Virus record (IMG/VR): IMGVR_UViG_3300035698_022389
Coordinates: 68,880-132,879 of that record
Source of the DNA: a virus
Reading direction: 5' to 3' (one strand)
Length of the DNA stretch: 64,000 bases
Part shown: piece by piece, positions 8,787 to 20,567 of the stretch
Layout: every line of letters begins with the position of its first letter
Numbering within the stretch: the first letter of the stretch is position 1
Translations under genes and position numbers: made by a program
The notes under the pieces: model-generated
Databases searched by the model: none
Seen by the model: only the letters and a program-made list of their open reading frames with translations
Told to the model about the DNA's origin: nothing

Positions 8787-11700
8787 ATGAGTAACTTTAA
8801 CGGAAAAGTATTAGAGGGTGTTCGGCAATCACCTGTAAATTCCCCTACGACAAATGAACCTGGGGCTGGTGTTATTCGAGATATTCGAGGATTGCCTGCT
8901 AACTATATATTGTCTGCTCCTCCTTTGATTTGTGCCACTGCTGACCAGTATCGTGTTGCTGCTCTGGATGCCCCAGGTTCAACTATTGTGGAATATCTGG
9001 TTTGGGCACAGAACTCATCCCAGTTGGCTACCGTAGATGATGCAAGTTGGTGGACTACAGGTGGGGTTGGAAATATCTCAATTGGGGATCTGGAGGTTAT
9101 TGCTTATCCAGGGTCAGATCAGGAACTTTACATGGATGGAACTGCTAATGTCATCGTTGTAGATAATGGCAATCGTTCTATTGGTTCGATTTCATGGCTG
9201 GTTGTGGCTCGTGGTGATGTGGAATATGATGATGATGGTTGGGATGATGTTGATAACCCTTCTATTCCCAGGAAAGGCAGTAATCCTTATTTAGCCTTTG
9301 AGATTGACCTTAACAATCAGAATCCTGTATCTGGGATGGTAACTTTAACACCCTCTCAGTTAGTTCAGCTTGATGGAGGTTTATCTATTGAGCGTGGTGA
9401 TAGAATTATTCAGCCTCGGTATACGGTGGCTGCTCCACGTTTTTGGTGGACTCGGAACGACCGATATGAAAAACGATTTGGATGGGATGCATCACTTCAA
9501 CGGTGGGAACCTTGGAAAGGATCAGGGGTCAAGAATCTAGGGTACCTCCTGTTAGAGGAGGCTTCATTTACAATGGACCCAAAACTTCAGAATTTCCCTC
9601 TCGGAGCTTTCTTGCCTGGTGATGCCACACCCGGTGGGGAAGATAAATATTCGATGATTAGATTGGGGACAGACCCTGGTATCACAAGTATTCCAGCAGG
9701 ACCAGGGGGTGACTTTATTGGAATTCAGGTAAAACCTGATGATGCTGTTGAGGATTTTGATTTTAGTGTTGCTCCAACTCTCACTGGTGTCATGGGACAA
9801 ACCAACGGGAAATTAGTTTTTAACCCAACCTATGTGAACTTACATGCAGGAAAATCAGTTTGGTATTCTTACAAGGGTTTCTCTAAGGATGAGGATGGTA
9901 TCATTGGAAGTATTCAAGATGCTTTAACTTCTGACTTGTTTCTTGCTCCTCTTCCTGGCCCGACTGATGCTCTTTTGCTCCGATACGGGAACCGAAGTTA
10001 CCTAGATTCGGTGACTTTTGCAAACGATGCATCATTACAAGCTGAGGTTGCCACCAATGGTGACCCTGATGAAGGACAGATTTACCTTTCATTATCTACT
10101 GGGCGGTTGGTACTTAGTCCTGTAGATTTGGGCAAAGCCAACCCAGGTGACCCAAACACATTCTCTAAGTATTATTTGGGAGATGGTTTGGTTTATGATG
10201 GTGTTTCACTTTGCCAACGCCCTCAACCAACTCGTTCTCCTGTCAAACTTTTGGCTGAGGATGGTGATCCAACAGAGGATGCAGATGAAATATTTATGCC
10301 AGAGGCCGAATATCTTCCTGGGACATACCACTCAGTAGATTGGAATAATGCTTATAGAGGGCTTGGTATTTCAGGCATCTTGAATGTTTCTGATGAAACT
10401 GGGTCTCTCCCCTTGCCTGGTGATGTCCCTGTTCGTCCCGGTGGTGATAATTCCTATGGGGGTGGGGTAGACCCACTTGTAACAGACCCAAATGTCGGAA
10501 TGGTTCGTCGTTTGGAAGATGGGGTGAGTGACCTTATTATTTTTGGTAAAAATCATGCTATTACATTAACACGATCGTATAGAATTCCTGATGACAAGCC
10601 TTCCCGAATTCGGGGTGGTAATGCCTATGTTTGTCTTCAGGTAGAAGGTACTGACCCTGGTTCTCGGGTGGAGATGGGGCGGTATGATAGGCAAGAACTG
10701 GATGGGGATTTCATTTATTTCCTTCAGGCAGCCTTGACCCCAGCCACATTTACAGCAGAAGCTAAACTCTATTCCCGTAACAGAGACATTTTCCGTTTCG
10801 ATGGGGATGAGATTCTTTACTTTGCAGTGGACGGAGTTCCATATCAGTGGTCTTCCAGTGGTTTAGTGGCAGGATATCCTGACCAGTCTTCATTTACGGC
10901 AGAAGAAGTGGTTGCCGATATGGCCACTATTGCAACTCTCCCTGCTGGTTCTGTGGTAGAGCATCTTGGTCGAATCCTTATTACAGGTACAGCTTCAGTA
11001 GAGATTGGTTGGGGCGGGACAACTAAAGACCTGAGTGGCTCAGCTGTCCTTGGATTCCTCCCTGGATGGCTGGCTGTTGAGGGTGAACCATGTTGGTTGC
11101 CTGATTCCGGTGTTAGTGTGGGGCTGTTCCGTAGCCCTGTGAATCAAGACAGATCAAAGTCTACTGCTGATTTTGCTTACGTTGATAGGATTAGGGATGG
11201 ATTATTGAGTGAAAGTCTTCAGCCAAATCCATACTTCTTTCTTCAGAATCCTCCATTGCAAGATATTGCTGGGTATGGTGAAAATTTCTTTTTCCAGTTG
11301 GTGAATTACATCATCGATGGGGATGACATTCAGATAATTTATAAGAATCTGGAGCATTATAAAGACATCATTTATCGTTTTGGTCAAAAAAAATTCGATT
11401 GGGTAGACGAAGGTTCCTATCAGTTGCCTGTGGAACGTGCATTGAACATCTTGGATTTAGGGTCAGCAGGTGTAGTCCCTGAATCTATGATGGGTGCTCC
11501 TGGAATTCCAGGTGCTCTTTATGTGAACACAGGGGAAGGTGGCCTTGTTTTACAGTATCAGGATGACGATTATATTCTCCCATTTGGGGGTATTCCTGGA
11601 AATGCTACTCTTATTCATCGTTTTGGTCGTCGGGTAATGTTCGGTGCTCAGGGGGTGTTTACTGATGGTTCCACTACGTTTACAGATGCTAATGCTGATT

Positions 11701-14700
11701 TTAATGATCCTGACAAACAAGTATTGCCAGGTTACCGCCTTAAATTGACGGCTGGTGATGCCAAAGGTTCCTATGTTGTCGAGAGTGTGGATTCAGATAC
11801 TTCTTTGACTGTTTCTCCTGCATTCCTCTGGACTTCAGAGTACCCTACAACTTGGGAATTATTTGAAGGTTATACCCGAGATGTTTATGACCCGATGATT
11901 GTGGCTGATATGCTGTACAAAGAATTCAGTCCCTTGTCAGAAGAACCCTTCAAAGTTCGGGTTTTGTCATATCTAGGCCTTGTTCCCGAAGATTCTTCGG
12001 CACAAACTACAGGACGTTTGATGGCAAATGTTGAAGGAGCTTTGTCTAGTAACAGGCCAATCAACCTTCGATACAAGCCAGAGGCTCCAATAGCGGAAAA
12101 CACAGTAGGTTTGTCATGGCTGACAAAAGTGGGTATTGGGGTCATGGAAAATGGTGCCCAAATCATTCCTGACGTAACATCCATTCGATTTACATCAAAG
12201 GCATTTAGTATTCAAATCGGGACGGTCGTTTACAGTCATGGTGATTTAACATACCCTTTGGAGGGTGTTTTGTCCTTCAGCAATGATCCTGGTACTTCTG
12301 TGGAGTATTTGACAGTAGACGCAGATTTCCCGAAAGGGATGCTAAAATTTGGTTCAGGCGTACTGAGTACATATGCTGAGAGTCATGTGTTGGTGAAAGG
12401 TGAATTCCTTGACCCCACATATCTGGCTGCTTTGCATGGAGAATTAAGTCCTTGGACAGGTACCGTGAACCTTTCGGATACAGACTTAGCTGCATTTGCT
12501 GGGGAACGAACTTATTTTGTCGAGCAAATGGATACTAAGAAGGATTTATCTGTTCAACCAATGAGTGGAAGTTGTGCATTCCTTCGACCTCTCCCGAAAG
12601 GTGTGTTGGTTGAGATGGAATATTATGGGGCTGATTTGGAAGGACGGAAACTGCAATATCCTGTCTTGTCCTTAGAGGGTGAACCCACGGGGATGACAGA
12701 ACCTCGTCAGATTACAGAGTTTCTGCCTGTGTTCATCCGAGATGAGATTGCAGTAAGAGAAAGCAACAGGGTTTTCACATTCAATATTGCAAGTAATACC
12801 GTCTATCAGGGCATCGACCCTATTATTTATATTCGGGCAGCCCAGCAGAATTATAACGAAACTAATTGTGTGATTGATTATCTTCCTGATGGCCGAGGCC
12901 AAATTACCTTCCTCACGTATGACGTGACGGAGGGGGTAGATGTGAAAGTCACTTATGCCGTTGCCGAGTCTCAAGGTGGAGAACGAGCATATGAAACCAG
13001 TATTAAGCCCGTCTACCGTCCTCCATTTTACATCACTGCTAATCAGAATCGGTTTGGTATTCGTGGTGACAGAACAGGTGAGTTTGAAGCAGGCCAGATG
13101 CTTCGGTTTGGAAAAGAAAATTTCTACGTCAAAGACACCAGATATTACCCTGAGATAACGGATTCTGATGGAAACGTCACTGGGGATATTACCGCAGTTT
13201 ATATTTACCCAAATACAATTCAGGAGGTCGGTACAAGGGCACCTGCTAGGGACATTCTTGCCCTCCAGACATTGATGCCTATTACCCCCGTGGTTGACCC
13301 ACAAGGAACAACACCTGTAAATACGGGTGCCAATGCAGGTTTGATGTATAATGTGGACATCACAGAATTCCCTTTTGAGCCAATGAATCGTGGGCAAACG
13401 GACATTGTGTTTACTGGAAACCTGACGTTCCTGGCAGTTCCAGGGCATGTTATTGAATTTGGTGGTGTGCCTTACACTATTGTGGGATCCTCATTATCTG
13501 ATGATGGTTCTCGGACAGTTGTTTCGGTTGCTTCTGGCATCCGTCGGGCATTTGAGATGGCCCAGGAACCCACAATCCGACTTACTTACCGTCCTATTTA
13601 TCCTCCTAACGTGGTAGATTTACTGGGGGTTGGAGCTTTTGTGCCCGAAGAAGGGTATGAGTTGGTGCAGTATGGTTTGATGAATGATGATGGGGATGAA
13701 CTTCCAGGTAAGTCTTTAGTGAATACCGTTGATTACATATTTGATGTGGGGAACGGGAAAGTTACACTTTTGGAACCCATTCAGGAACCGTTGAATGTTC
13801 CTGAATCTCTAGTCATGTCATTCGTGCGACTCAGGCAGCTTGCTCCTTACGTGGAGAATGGGGCAATTGTCCGACCTACATATTCAGCTAGTTACCTGAA
13901 TTCTATTGCTCCGAATAAAGACAATGATTTGTTGGGAGCAACTCTCCGTGGGACATATACGTTCAGAAGCCCAGACACTTTCTATTTCCGAATCGTCCCG
14001 ATGTCTCAGTTTCTGGTGGAGGTCACGACGGAAATCATAGATGAAATCTCCAATCAACAGCCTGCCAGTGGGGCACCCAAGCCTTCTGGTGGGGACGAGA
14101 ACTGGGACTTTGGCCGGATTGGTCTGAAGACAGAACGTCGACACTTGATCAACAAAGACCGTGTAGCTCGAACTTTCCTGGATTTTTATAATGTGGCCAC
14201 CAATTCCTTTGAACAGATTCAAGAAACTGTTAGCGGTGACATCGTGGGTGACAGAGATGGTAAGTTCCGATTCTGGATTGGTCATGGAAAAGAATGGCCG
14301 ACACCAGGGTATGAAGATGAAATTACAGGGGATTTAACCCCCCGGAATGTCTGGACAGAGGTTTTCTCTGCATTTGCTGATAATGATCCTATCCGATACG
14401 TTTATGTTCAATCTTATGATAAACTCGTGAATCCCGAGTCATACGGAGTTAAGGATTCAGAATTACTTGGAGGTGTCCCAGACATTGACATTTTGAATTT
14501 GATGATGGATACTCAGAAAGACCTCGTGACCAATGAGGTAGATGATGTTGTTTTAACTCGATTCTGGGCACAATTTAAACAAAAACATGGATGGCCTTAC
14601 TTCTATTTCATCTTGAAGGGGCGGTTCCGTAGGATGTACGAGAACCATAAGTTTTCTCGTATATTCCCTCGATGGACAAAAACATTCCTTCGTACCAATC

Positions 14701-17700
14701 CTGGCATCGAATCTGATTTGGATGCTGAGGAACCTGGTTGGTATTCAGCAGGCCGTTATGATTCTGAGGGCGAGTATCGTCGGACGAGCCAGATGGCCAT
14801 TGGGCAGGTAGCAAATCCTGTTCTTGGTGACATTGGTGGAATTCATTCCTTGTTTCTGACTAAACGAATGGCCAGGGCCCGAATTTGGCAATATTATCCA
14901 AATGGTATTCCTGAAGGTTCCTTTGGATTGGTGGGGGTATCTCCTTCTCCAGCCATCGAAGTTCCTTGTGTGATTGCAACTCCTGGCTGGATTCGGGATT
15001 TCCCGATAGACCCCTCAACAGGATACCCTGATAAAGTTCAATTCTTGAGTAATGCAGGCGACTTTCCAGACTTGGAAACGGGTGACCCCGAAATGGCTAC
15101 CCCTCCTTTCATTATTGGAGAGCAGCTTGGCTGGGGTAAACCTGATGGTAGAGTAGCTGAAGCATATTGTGGTTCCCTATCCAAGAAGTCTGGTGACATC
15201 AATAATGCTATGACCGGTTTGTTTGTCAATGAAGTCCTGTATGGTTGTGTCCTTACGTTCCAAGATGCTGATGGGGATATTGTCACTGATCCAAATAATG
15301 TTTTGGTTGGAACTTCTCCAACAACAGGCACATTAGCGGAAGATTATTTGGAATTGGGTGACACGGTTCAATCTGTTCCCGTCTCAGGTACCTCTGAGAT
15401 AAGTAATCCTCCGACGACTGAGGATATGGAATTGCTGGCTGATAATTCCAGTGTGTATCGTTCGGGTTTTGATGTCAGGCATGCTCAGGATGGCCAATTG
15501 CTGGATGTGACGTTGCCCTCTAAATATGATCCTGTTTTCTGGAACTGGAAAGAAATCTTTGGCCAGAACCCACCACCGCCTCTAACGTGTTTGGAAGGTT
15601 CCGTGGAGTTTTACTATGAGGGTCAGAATCCTCTCCTGATTCCAGCTCTTGAAGGACTGCCACAGGATGATTCAGGTGATTACCATGTTCCATTCCTTCG
15701 AGTGACAAACACGGAATTAGATAGATACAATGAAGGGGTCATCCTGGCGGATATGCTTAAAGTGGATGACCGAGGTCCATTACCGTGGGGGTTGTACCCT
15801 GACGAGTGGTTGGGGAATGATGGTTGTGTGACGACCATCCCACCTGATGGCACCCAAGCTTCTATCGTTCCTGCTGATGAACCTGCAACGTTGCTGACGG
15901 CTACTAACACACAACCGAAGGCTACCGTGGCCTCAGAGGAACCTGGTACGGCAGATTTGGATGAATATGACCTGATGTTTATGCAGGTTGAGGGGACAAG
16001 CCCGTTTACTAAGCTTGGTGTCGCTATGAAAGGTCCAATGGGAATTCAATCTGTTGGTCGTATTGTTCCTCGAAATAGTTCCTGGAATTTAGGGCCAGAG
16101 GGTCCAACGACAGGGGATGGTTCGATGATTGAACCTCCTAGGTTCGTTACTCAGACAAAGCTAGGTTCCCCGATTCGATACAAAATCGAAAATGCAATGG
16201 TGAGTGATATTCAAGGGATACCCCCCTACAATGGAGTGCAGTTACGCACTTATGATTCTTTACCTTTGCCTGCACATTACATAGTGTTGGATTTCACCAG
16301 TATTAACATTGATATGAGTGGCTTGGATGCTATTTATACAGCGTCTAGTGAGAATAAAATTACAGTTAAACTCATATCACATGATGACTCTACCTCTATC
16401 ATTGGTCCAAGTGGGGTAGCTGCTCCAGTCCCAGGATCAGTTTTGTTGACATTGGACATCCAACAAAGCACAGGTCTGACAGTTACGAATTATGTTGACC
16501 CTCCGGTGACAACGGCAAATTTGGTTAATGCCCAGTTTGGAATAGACGGGATTGTGATTGCAGCACTTCTTGGTATAAACCCTGCAGATTATATCCCAGG
16601 GGACACTCGGTATATTTTACTGACATTCACTAGCCTTAGTTCTCCGTTGATGGATTTAATTTGGGATGTTCCGAACCCTCCAGTTGGCTCAATAGTCCGT
16701 CCAGATTGGTTTATCCCTTATGCTGTGCTTGATTACTTAGGGGATCTTTATACCCAAGCTGATTATGGGATGGATTTTGTATTTGACGTGGACACATACA
16801 ATACGGCAGGGGCAACAGGAGAATCCACGACAGCATATATTGGTTCCGACCGGTTAACTTTTTACGAAAATATTGATTTTGATTTGGCTCGGGAACGTGG
16901 TGCAGTTCATAGTTTGAACCATCTCACTGAGTTGGAAACCCAACTGTCCATTTATGAAGTGACCGTTGGGCACGACAGTGTAACCACATATTCTTCTACT
17001 ATCAACACATTCTGTAATGGGGAAAGCGCAGGAAACCCTGTACCGTTTACATTCCTCCCACGAGATGGTGTCGTTGCAACCTCTGGTTCTCTTGTCGTCC
17101 ACGGTTTTGAGGGTTATGATGGAGCCACGGGGAATTTCCCCATTATTGGTAATCAGGCAACTTTTGCAGGAGCAGCTTCAAACGATCGATGCAAGCTTTT
17201 ACCGTACTTGCCCGTTTATGGGAGTATTTGTAAAGGGATTGGGGTGATGGAGAGCCGGTTCGATTCGAGCTTGCTTCCTGCTGTACCCGTACCTCCCCCT
17301 TACCCGCCGATTCCTGGTACGCAGCATCCAGCAGCTTGGTTTTACGATAATCGAGTAACTGAAATCGATCCAACTTCATTATTGTCAGAGGGTGTCGTTA
17401 CTCGGGTTGAATCTGGGGACATTTTGGTTGTCAAACAAGATGTCAACGGTGAAGCCACCACGAAAGCTGGAACTTACTTGGTTAGACATGCTATTCCACA
17501 GTACGATCCTGTCCTAGCTCCCGCAGCTTATTGGTGGTGGTCTGCTCCATCTGCTGTTGCTGGTAATGAGAATGGCTGGTGTCCTGTACATTTCCCAACA
17601 GTAGTGGGGTACGATGAAGCTACTCATAAATTAACTATTTCTGACCCAGCTTTAATCCTAGCTGTTGAAGAAGGTAATGCTGTTGATGGTTATCCTAAAG

Positions 17701-20567
17701 ACTGGGAATATGGGTTTCCAGAACCCGCATTAATACCCGGACCTGGTACGTATACGTTTGTGTATATCATCAGGAATGCTGAGGGGCTTTCAACAGCTGA
17801 TCCTGGGGGTAGCTTGGGGGACGTTGGGTTTGATGCAGCTGTTACAACTTACAAAGAGTCGATTCTCCGGCTTCAGTATACAGATATCAACATTGTTTCT
17901 GGTCAGTGTGTGCTAGATATTTCCCCTCTTAGTACAGTCACAGATGCTTGTTATGTTGGGGGTGATCCTGCAGCAGTTTTGGGGTCTGCAAATGACCCTA
18001 TTATTTGGACGAATGCTGAATTAGCTGCTCTTTTAGATGATGCTTATCAAGTTTCGGGTATGAAAGCATGGCCAGTTAACGTTTCAGGTGAAAATTATGG
18101 TTTACCTGCAAACAATGTAGTTGGCTATGATGATGTGGATGTTGTTGTGAATGGCTTTGAGAGGTTTTATTTTGATAGTCGTTTAACAGACACAACCCCC
18201 CAGCTTTGGGTTGCTGATACTTTGGCTCCTGCCCCTTATATAAAATCAACACTATCAGCATTGGGTTCTAATGAAGTATTCCCTATGATTTATACCCCAG
18301 ATCCTAGTACTGATTTCTATGAGGACAAGACTACCCCCGTTTACCATGTGGTTGCCTGTACTATTGTGAATTCCATAGATGAGGCAACTTGGGAAACTTT
18401 AGATTGGCCAACAGGTTCTTCTTACATTGGACGAGATGTAGCAATGCCGAATTTTTATGGTCATTGTCTGCTTCCTGCTTCTCATTTAACATTAGCAGAT
18501 CCTTCTCAAGATCCTATACTTCACCCCGATTGGTATAACGGCCACCGAGCACATTCAGGTATTTTCCTGGAGCCGTCAGTTCCACGGCAGGCATTGAATC
18601 TGATTGCTGACCACCCTAGAGTGGTGGATGCCAACGATTCTTTACCTGACCCAGAACTTTTGGCAGACTTAGATAGGGAAATTGGAGCCCGTAGTTCTGA
18701 TTCTTATGGGACTTTTGCTGGAGTTGCTCCTGTTCATACTACACCGTCGGCAGTAGTATTTGAGATACGGCGTATTCGACGTTTCCATGATATTCAGAAT
18801 GTTAACTTGAAGTTGGCACCTCTCAGATTCGTTTATGAAATACGACGTGGCCGAATCACAGGCTATGATACAAGCTCCACCACAACAGGACAACGAGGGA
18901 TCGTTGAAGCCCTTGAATTCGTGATGGATTTCGACCCTGTACCTCATGTGTCGGGTCAATCAAAGACTCCAGATGTATGGAACGATGGGATAGAATATAC
19001 AGGTACAAACCTCGGGCCTTTCCTGAATACCTATCTAACTTATCTAACTCCCAACGAAAATGTTAACGTTAATGCTGGGGATATGTTTAGGCTTTTGGAT
19101 GATGATGGGACAGTATTGGAAGAAATTCGTATTGAGAGAGTTCTTAATGCCAGTACACTTCAACTGGCTGCTCCTGGTCTTGTTACCAAGACCCCAGCTG
19201 AGTTGGCAGCACCAGGCGGCAAGATGAGGTTTGAGATTTATTTAAGAAAAGCTCCAGTTCCTTTGGAACAGTCTGTCGAAGAATTGTTTGAACTAGTCAC
19301 TGACAGAGAGATACTTCGGACTGATGCTGAGTGGGGTGATACTAATGCTGAGGAATTAGGGGGCTATGTCCCAGAACTTGGGACTGATACTTGGGAGGAT
19401 GTGGCTAATCATCTGTACGATGATCTGAATGTGGCCGCTGGTGTTAATACTTTCGGTGACCTGGGTATCCTTAAAGGTGACATTGTGATTGTAGACCCAT
19501 TAGGGAAAGTTCCTCAGCGTTCCGGTCCAAGTCCTTACATTCAGGAACGTGGGATGCGTCCTATTGGGGATATGGGTGTGGTTGGCCGAGTAGGTTACCA
19601 GAGTGGGGCAGCCGCAACGTCCAATCAATACGTTGCAGGTTATCCAGATACTCGTGATGATAACCGAGGTTACTATAGGGTCACTACAATAGATGATACA
19701 GGGACACCATTTTTAGAGCTAACTGGGGTCTCTACATTCTCTGGGGATGTTGATGAAGATGTGGTGTTCGATTCTACGGATGTTGAACGAGCCTATGCTG
19801 TTTACCCAACCGTGCATTTGTCTCAGTTGAATCCAGCTTCTGATGAAGGCCAGATGGATTTACGACCAACGAAGAAGCGGGTGGCCGACAAGTTTACGAC
19901 TGATTTTAATTCCATCAGGCCATTCTCGTATAGAGTTATCCGACCTTCATCATTGTTCTCGGATGAAACTGTTGATTTGGTTTTGATGATGCGTGAACGG
20001 CTTTTGTCTCTCATTGAATTAATTGGTAGGGGATTTGAAGGTAAGAGTGGTGATTACTGGGCATTCCAGAAATATCTTCACATTGAAGACCTAGGTTCTA
20101 CAACGAATGCTGAAGATGGCCTCGGAGTGTTGTCAAATCTATTCCTGTTATCTGTTCTTGGACGGACTGACATTTCTCCATTCCTGAATAATTCCTCTTG
20201 TATTTCCATCCTTGACCGACGATTTTGGGTGATGGACCCCAGATTGGATACTTTGGCTCCAGCCCGAGCAGCAGATAATAATCCATTCGGCATGAGGCCT
20301 GTTGAGGCATCGGTTGACTATCCTTACACTGCCTATAATGACCGTATAGGAGGGAAGGTTCGTCCTGTACAGCCAGACAGGATTGATGATGCTCTTGATC
20401 AACGTGACCGATTCCGACCGATTCGGTATGTGTGGCTGGCTTACAGAACACACAGAATACTGGGTTCATTGGCTGCTATTAATAGATTTGATATGGAATA
20501 CGTCCAGCGTCGTGCCGAGCAGTTAGCACTTCTGCTGAAGCAGGACTCCTTGGAGAAAATAACATGA
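8787..20567 (+). CDS. Giant acidic beta-rich virion structural protein, function unknown (3926 aa)
   Basis: 11.8-kb uninterrupted ORF abutting the upstream gene and overlapping the downstream one (ATGA). Contains repeated small beta-modules shared with other genes in the cluster. The ORF is certain; the function is inferred from context. Confidence 0.7.
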   Translation: MSNFNGKVLEGVRQSPVNSPTTNEPGAGVIRDIRGLPANYILSAPPLICATADQYRVAALDAPGSTIVEYLVWAQNSSQLATVDDASWWTTGGVGNISIGDLEVIAYPGSDQELYMDGTANVIVVDNGNRSIGSISWLVVARGDVEYDDDGWDDVDNPSIPRKGSNPYLAFEIDLNNQNPVSGMVTLTPSQLVQLDGGLSIERGDRIIQPRYTVAAPRFWWTRNDRYEKRFGWDASLQRWEPWKGSGVKNLGYLLLEEASFTMDPKLQNFPLGAFLPGDATPGGEDKYSMIRLGTDPGITSIPAGPGGDFIGIQVKPDDAVEDFDFSVAPTLTGVMGQTNGKLVFNPTYVNLHAGKSVWYSYKGFSKDEDGIIGSIQDALTSDLFLAPLPGPTDALLLRYGNRSYLDSVTFANDASLQAEVATNGDPDEGQIYLSLSTGRLVLSPVDLGKANPGDPNTFSKYYLGDGLVYDGVSLCQRPQPTRSPVKLLAEDGDPTEDADEIFMPEAEYLPGTYHSVDWNNAYRGLGISGILNVSDETGSLPLPGDVPVRPGGDNSYGGGVDPLVTDPNVGMVRRLEDGVSDLIIFGKNHAITLTRSYRIPDDKPSRIRGGNAYVCLQVEGTDPGSRVEMGRYDRQELDGDFIYFLQAALTPATFTAEAKLYSRNRDIFRFDGDEILYFAVDGVPYQWSSSGLVAGYPDQSSFTAEEVVADMATIATLPAGSVVEHLGRILITGTASVEIGWGGTTKDLSGSAVLGFLPGWLAVEGEPCWLPDSGVSVGLFRSPVNQDRSKSTADFAYVDRIRDGLLSESLQPNPYFFLQNPPLQDIAGYGENFFFQLVNYIIDGDDIQIIYKNLEHYKDIIYRFGQKKFDWVDEGSYQLPVERALNILDLGSAGVVPESMMGAPGIPGALYVNTGEGGLVLQYQDDDYILPFGGIPGNATLIHRFGRRVMFGAQGVFTDGSTTFTDANADFNDPDKQVLPGYRLKLTAGDAKGSYVVESVDSDTSLTVSPAFLWTSEYPTTWELFEGYTRDVYDPMIVADMLYKEFSPLSEEPFKVRVLSYLGLVPEDSSAQTTGRLMANVEGALSSNRPINLRYKPEAPIAENTVGLSWLTKVGIGVMENGAQIIPDVTSIRFTSKAFSIQIGTVVYSHGDLTYPLEGVLSFSNDPGTSVEYLTVDADFPKGMLKFGSGVLSTYAESHVLVKGEFLDPTYLAALHGELSPWTGTVNLSDTDLAAFAGERTYFVEQMDTKKDLSVQPMSGSCAFLRPLPKGVLVEMEYYGADLEGRKLQYPVLSLEGEPTGMTEPRQITEFLPVFIRDEIAVRESNRVFTFNIASNTVYQGIDPIIYIRAAQQNYNETNCVIDYLPDGRGQITFLTYDVTEGVDVKVTYAVAESQGGERAYETSIKPVYRPPFYITANQNRFGIRGDRTGEFEAGQMLRFGKENFYVKDTRYYPEITDSDGNVTGDITAVYIYPNTIQEVGTRAPARDILALQTLMPITPVVDPQGTTPVNTGANAGLMYNVDITEFPFEPMNRGQTDIVFTGNLTFLAVPGHVIEFGGVPYTIVGSSLSDDGSRTVVSVASGIRRAFEMAQEPTIRLTYRPIYPPNVVDLLGVGAFVPEEGYELVQYGLMNDDGDELPGKSLVNTVDYIFDVGNGKVTLLEPIQEPLNVPESLVMSFVRLRQLAPYVENGAIVRPTYSASYLNSIAPNKDNDLLGATLRGTYTFRSPDTFYFRIVPMSQFLVEVTTEIIDEISNQQPASGAPKPSGGDENWDFGRIGLKTERRHLINKDRVARTFLDFYNVATNSFEQIQETVSGDIVGDRDGKFRFWIGHGKEWPTPGYEDEITGDLTPRNVWTEVFSAFADNDPIRYVYVQSYDKLVNPESYGVKDSELLGGVPDIDILNLMMDTQKDLVTNEVDDVVLTRFWAQFKQKHGWPYFYFILKGRFRRMYENHKFSRIFPRWTKTFLRTNPGIESDLDAEEPGWYSAGRYDSEGEYRRTSQMAIGQVANPVLGDIGGIHSLFLTKRMARARIWQYYPNGIPEGSFGLVGVSPSPAIEVPCVIATPGWIRDFPIDPSTGYPDKVQFLSNAGDFPDLETGDPEMATPPFIIGEQLGWGKPDGRVAEAYCGSLSKKSGDINNAMTGLFVNEVLYGCVLTFQDADGDIVTDPNNVLVGTSPTTGTLAEDYLELGDTVQSVPVSGTSEISNPPTTEDMELLADNSSVYRSGFDVRHAQDGQLLDVTLPSKYDPVFWNWKEIFGQNPPPPLTCLEGSVEFYYEGQNPLLIPALEGLPQDDSGDYHVPFLRVTNTELDRYNEGVILADMLKVDDRGPLPWGLYPDEWLGNDGCVTTIPPDGTQASIVPADEPATLLTATNTQPKATVASEEPGTADLDEYDLMFMQVEGTSPFTKLGVAMKGPMGIQSVGRIVPRNSSWNLGPEGPTTGDGSMIEPPRFVTQTKLGSPIRYKIENAMVSDIQGIPPYNGVQLRTYDSLPLPAHYIVLDFTSINIDMSGLDAIYTASSENKITVKLISHDDSTSIIGPSGVAAPVPGSVLLTLDIQQSTGLTVTNYVDPPVTTANLVNAQFGIDGIVIAALLGINPADYIPGDTRYILLTFTSLSSPLMDLIWDVPNPPVGSIVRPDWFIPYAVLDYLGDLYTQADYGMDFVFDVDTYNTAGATGESTTAYIGSDRLTFYENIDFDLARERGAVHSLNHLTELETQLSIYEVTVGHDSVTTYSSTINTFCNGESAGNPVPFTFLPRDGVVATSGSLVVHGFEGYDGATGNFPIIGNQATFAGAASNDRCKLLPYLPVYGSICKGIGVMESRFDSSLLPAVPVPPPYPPIPGTQHPAAWFYDNRVTEIDPTSLLSEGVVTRVESGDILVVKQDVNGEATTKAGTYLVRHAIPQYDPVLAPAAYWWWSAPSAVAGNENGWCPVHFPTVVGYDEATHKLTISDPALILAVEEGNAVDGYPKDWEYGFPEPALIPGPGTYTFVYIIRNAEGLSTADPGGSLGDVGFDAAVTTYKESILRLQYTDINIVSGQCVLDISPLSTVTDACYVGGDPAAVLGSANDPIIWTNAELAALLDDAYQVSGMKAWPVNVSGENYGLPANNVVGYDDVDVVVNGFERFYFDSRLTDTTPQLWVADTLAPAPYIKSTLSALGSNEVFPMIYTPDPSTDFYEDKTTPVYHVVACTIVNSIDEATWETLDWPTGSSYIGRDVAMPNFYGHCLLPASHLTLADPSQDPILHPDWYNGHRAHSGIFLEPSVPRQALNLIADHPRVVDANDSLPDPELLADLDREIGARSSDSYGTFAGVAPVHTTPSAVVFEIRRIRRFHDIQNVNLKLAPLRFVYEIRRGRITGYDTSSTTTGQRGIVEALEFVMDFDPVPHVSGQSKTPDVWNDGIEYTGTNLGPFLNTYLTYLTPNENVNVNAGDMFRLLDDDGTVLEEIRIERVLNASTLQLAAPGLVTKTPAELAAPGGKMRFEIYLRKAPVPLEQSVEELFELVTDREILRTDAEWGDTNAEELGGYVPELGTDTWEDVANHLYDDLNVAAGVNTFGDLGILKGDIVIVDPLGKVPQRSGPSPYIQERGMRPIGDMGVVGRVGYQSGAAATSNQYVAGYPDTRDDNRGYYRVTTIDDTGTPFLELTGVSTFSGDVDEDVVFDSTDVERAYAVYPTVHLSQLNPASDEGQMDLRPTKKRVADKFTTDFNSIRPFSYRVIRPSSLFSDETVDLVLMMRERLLSLIELIGRGFEGKSGDYWAFQKYLHIEDLGSTTNAEDGLGVLSNLFLLSVLGRTDISPFLNNSSCISILDRRFWVMDPRLDTLAPARAADNNPFGMRPVEASVDYPYTAYNDRIGGKVRPVQPDRIDDALDQRDRFRPIRYVWLAYRTHRILGSLAAINRFDMEYVQRRAEQLALLLKQDSLEKIT

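Noticed and set aside
12672-13448. 258-aa minus-strand ORF (likewise 7851-8324, 53713-54201, 61298-61723 and other short track ORFs)
   Set aside because: These are antisense or alternate-frame shadows inside long coupled genes, with no RBS or recognisable motifs.
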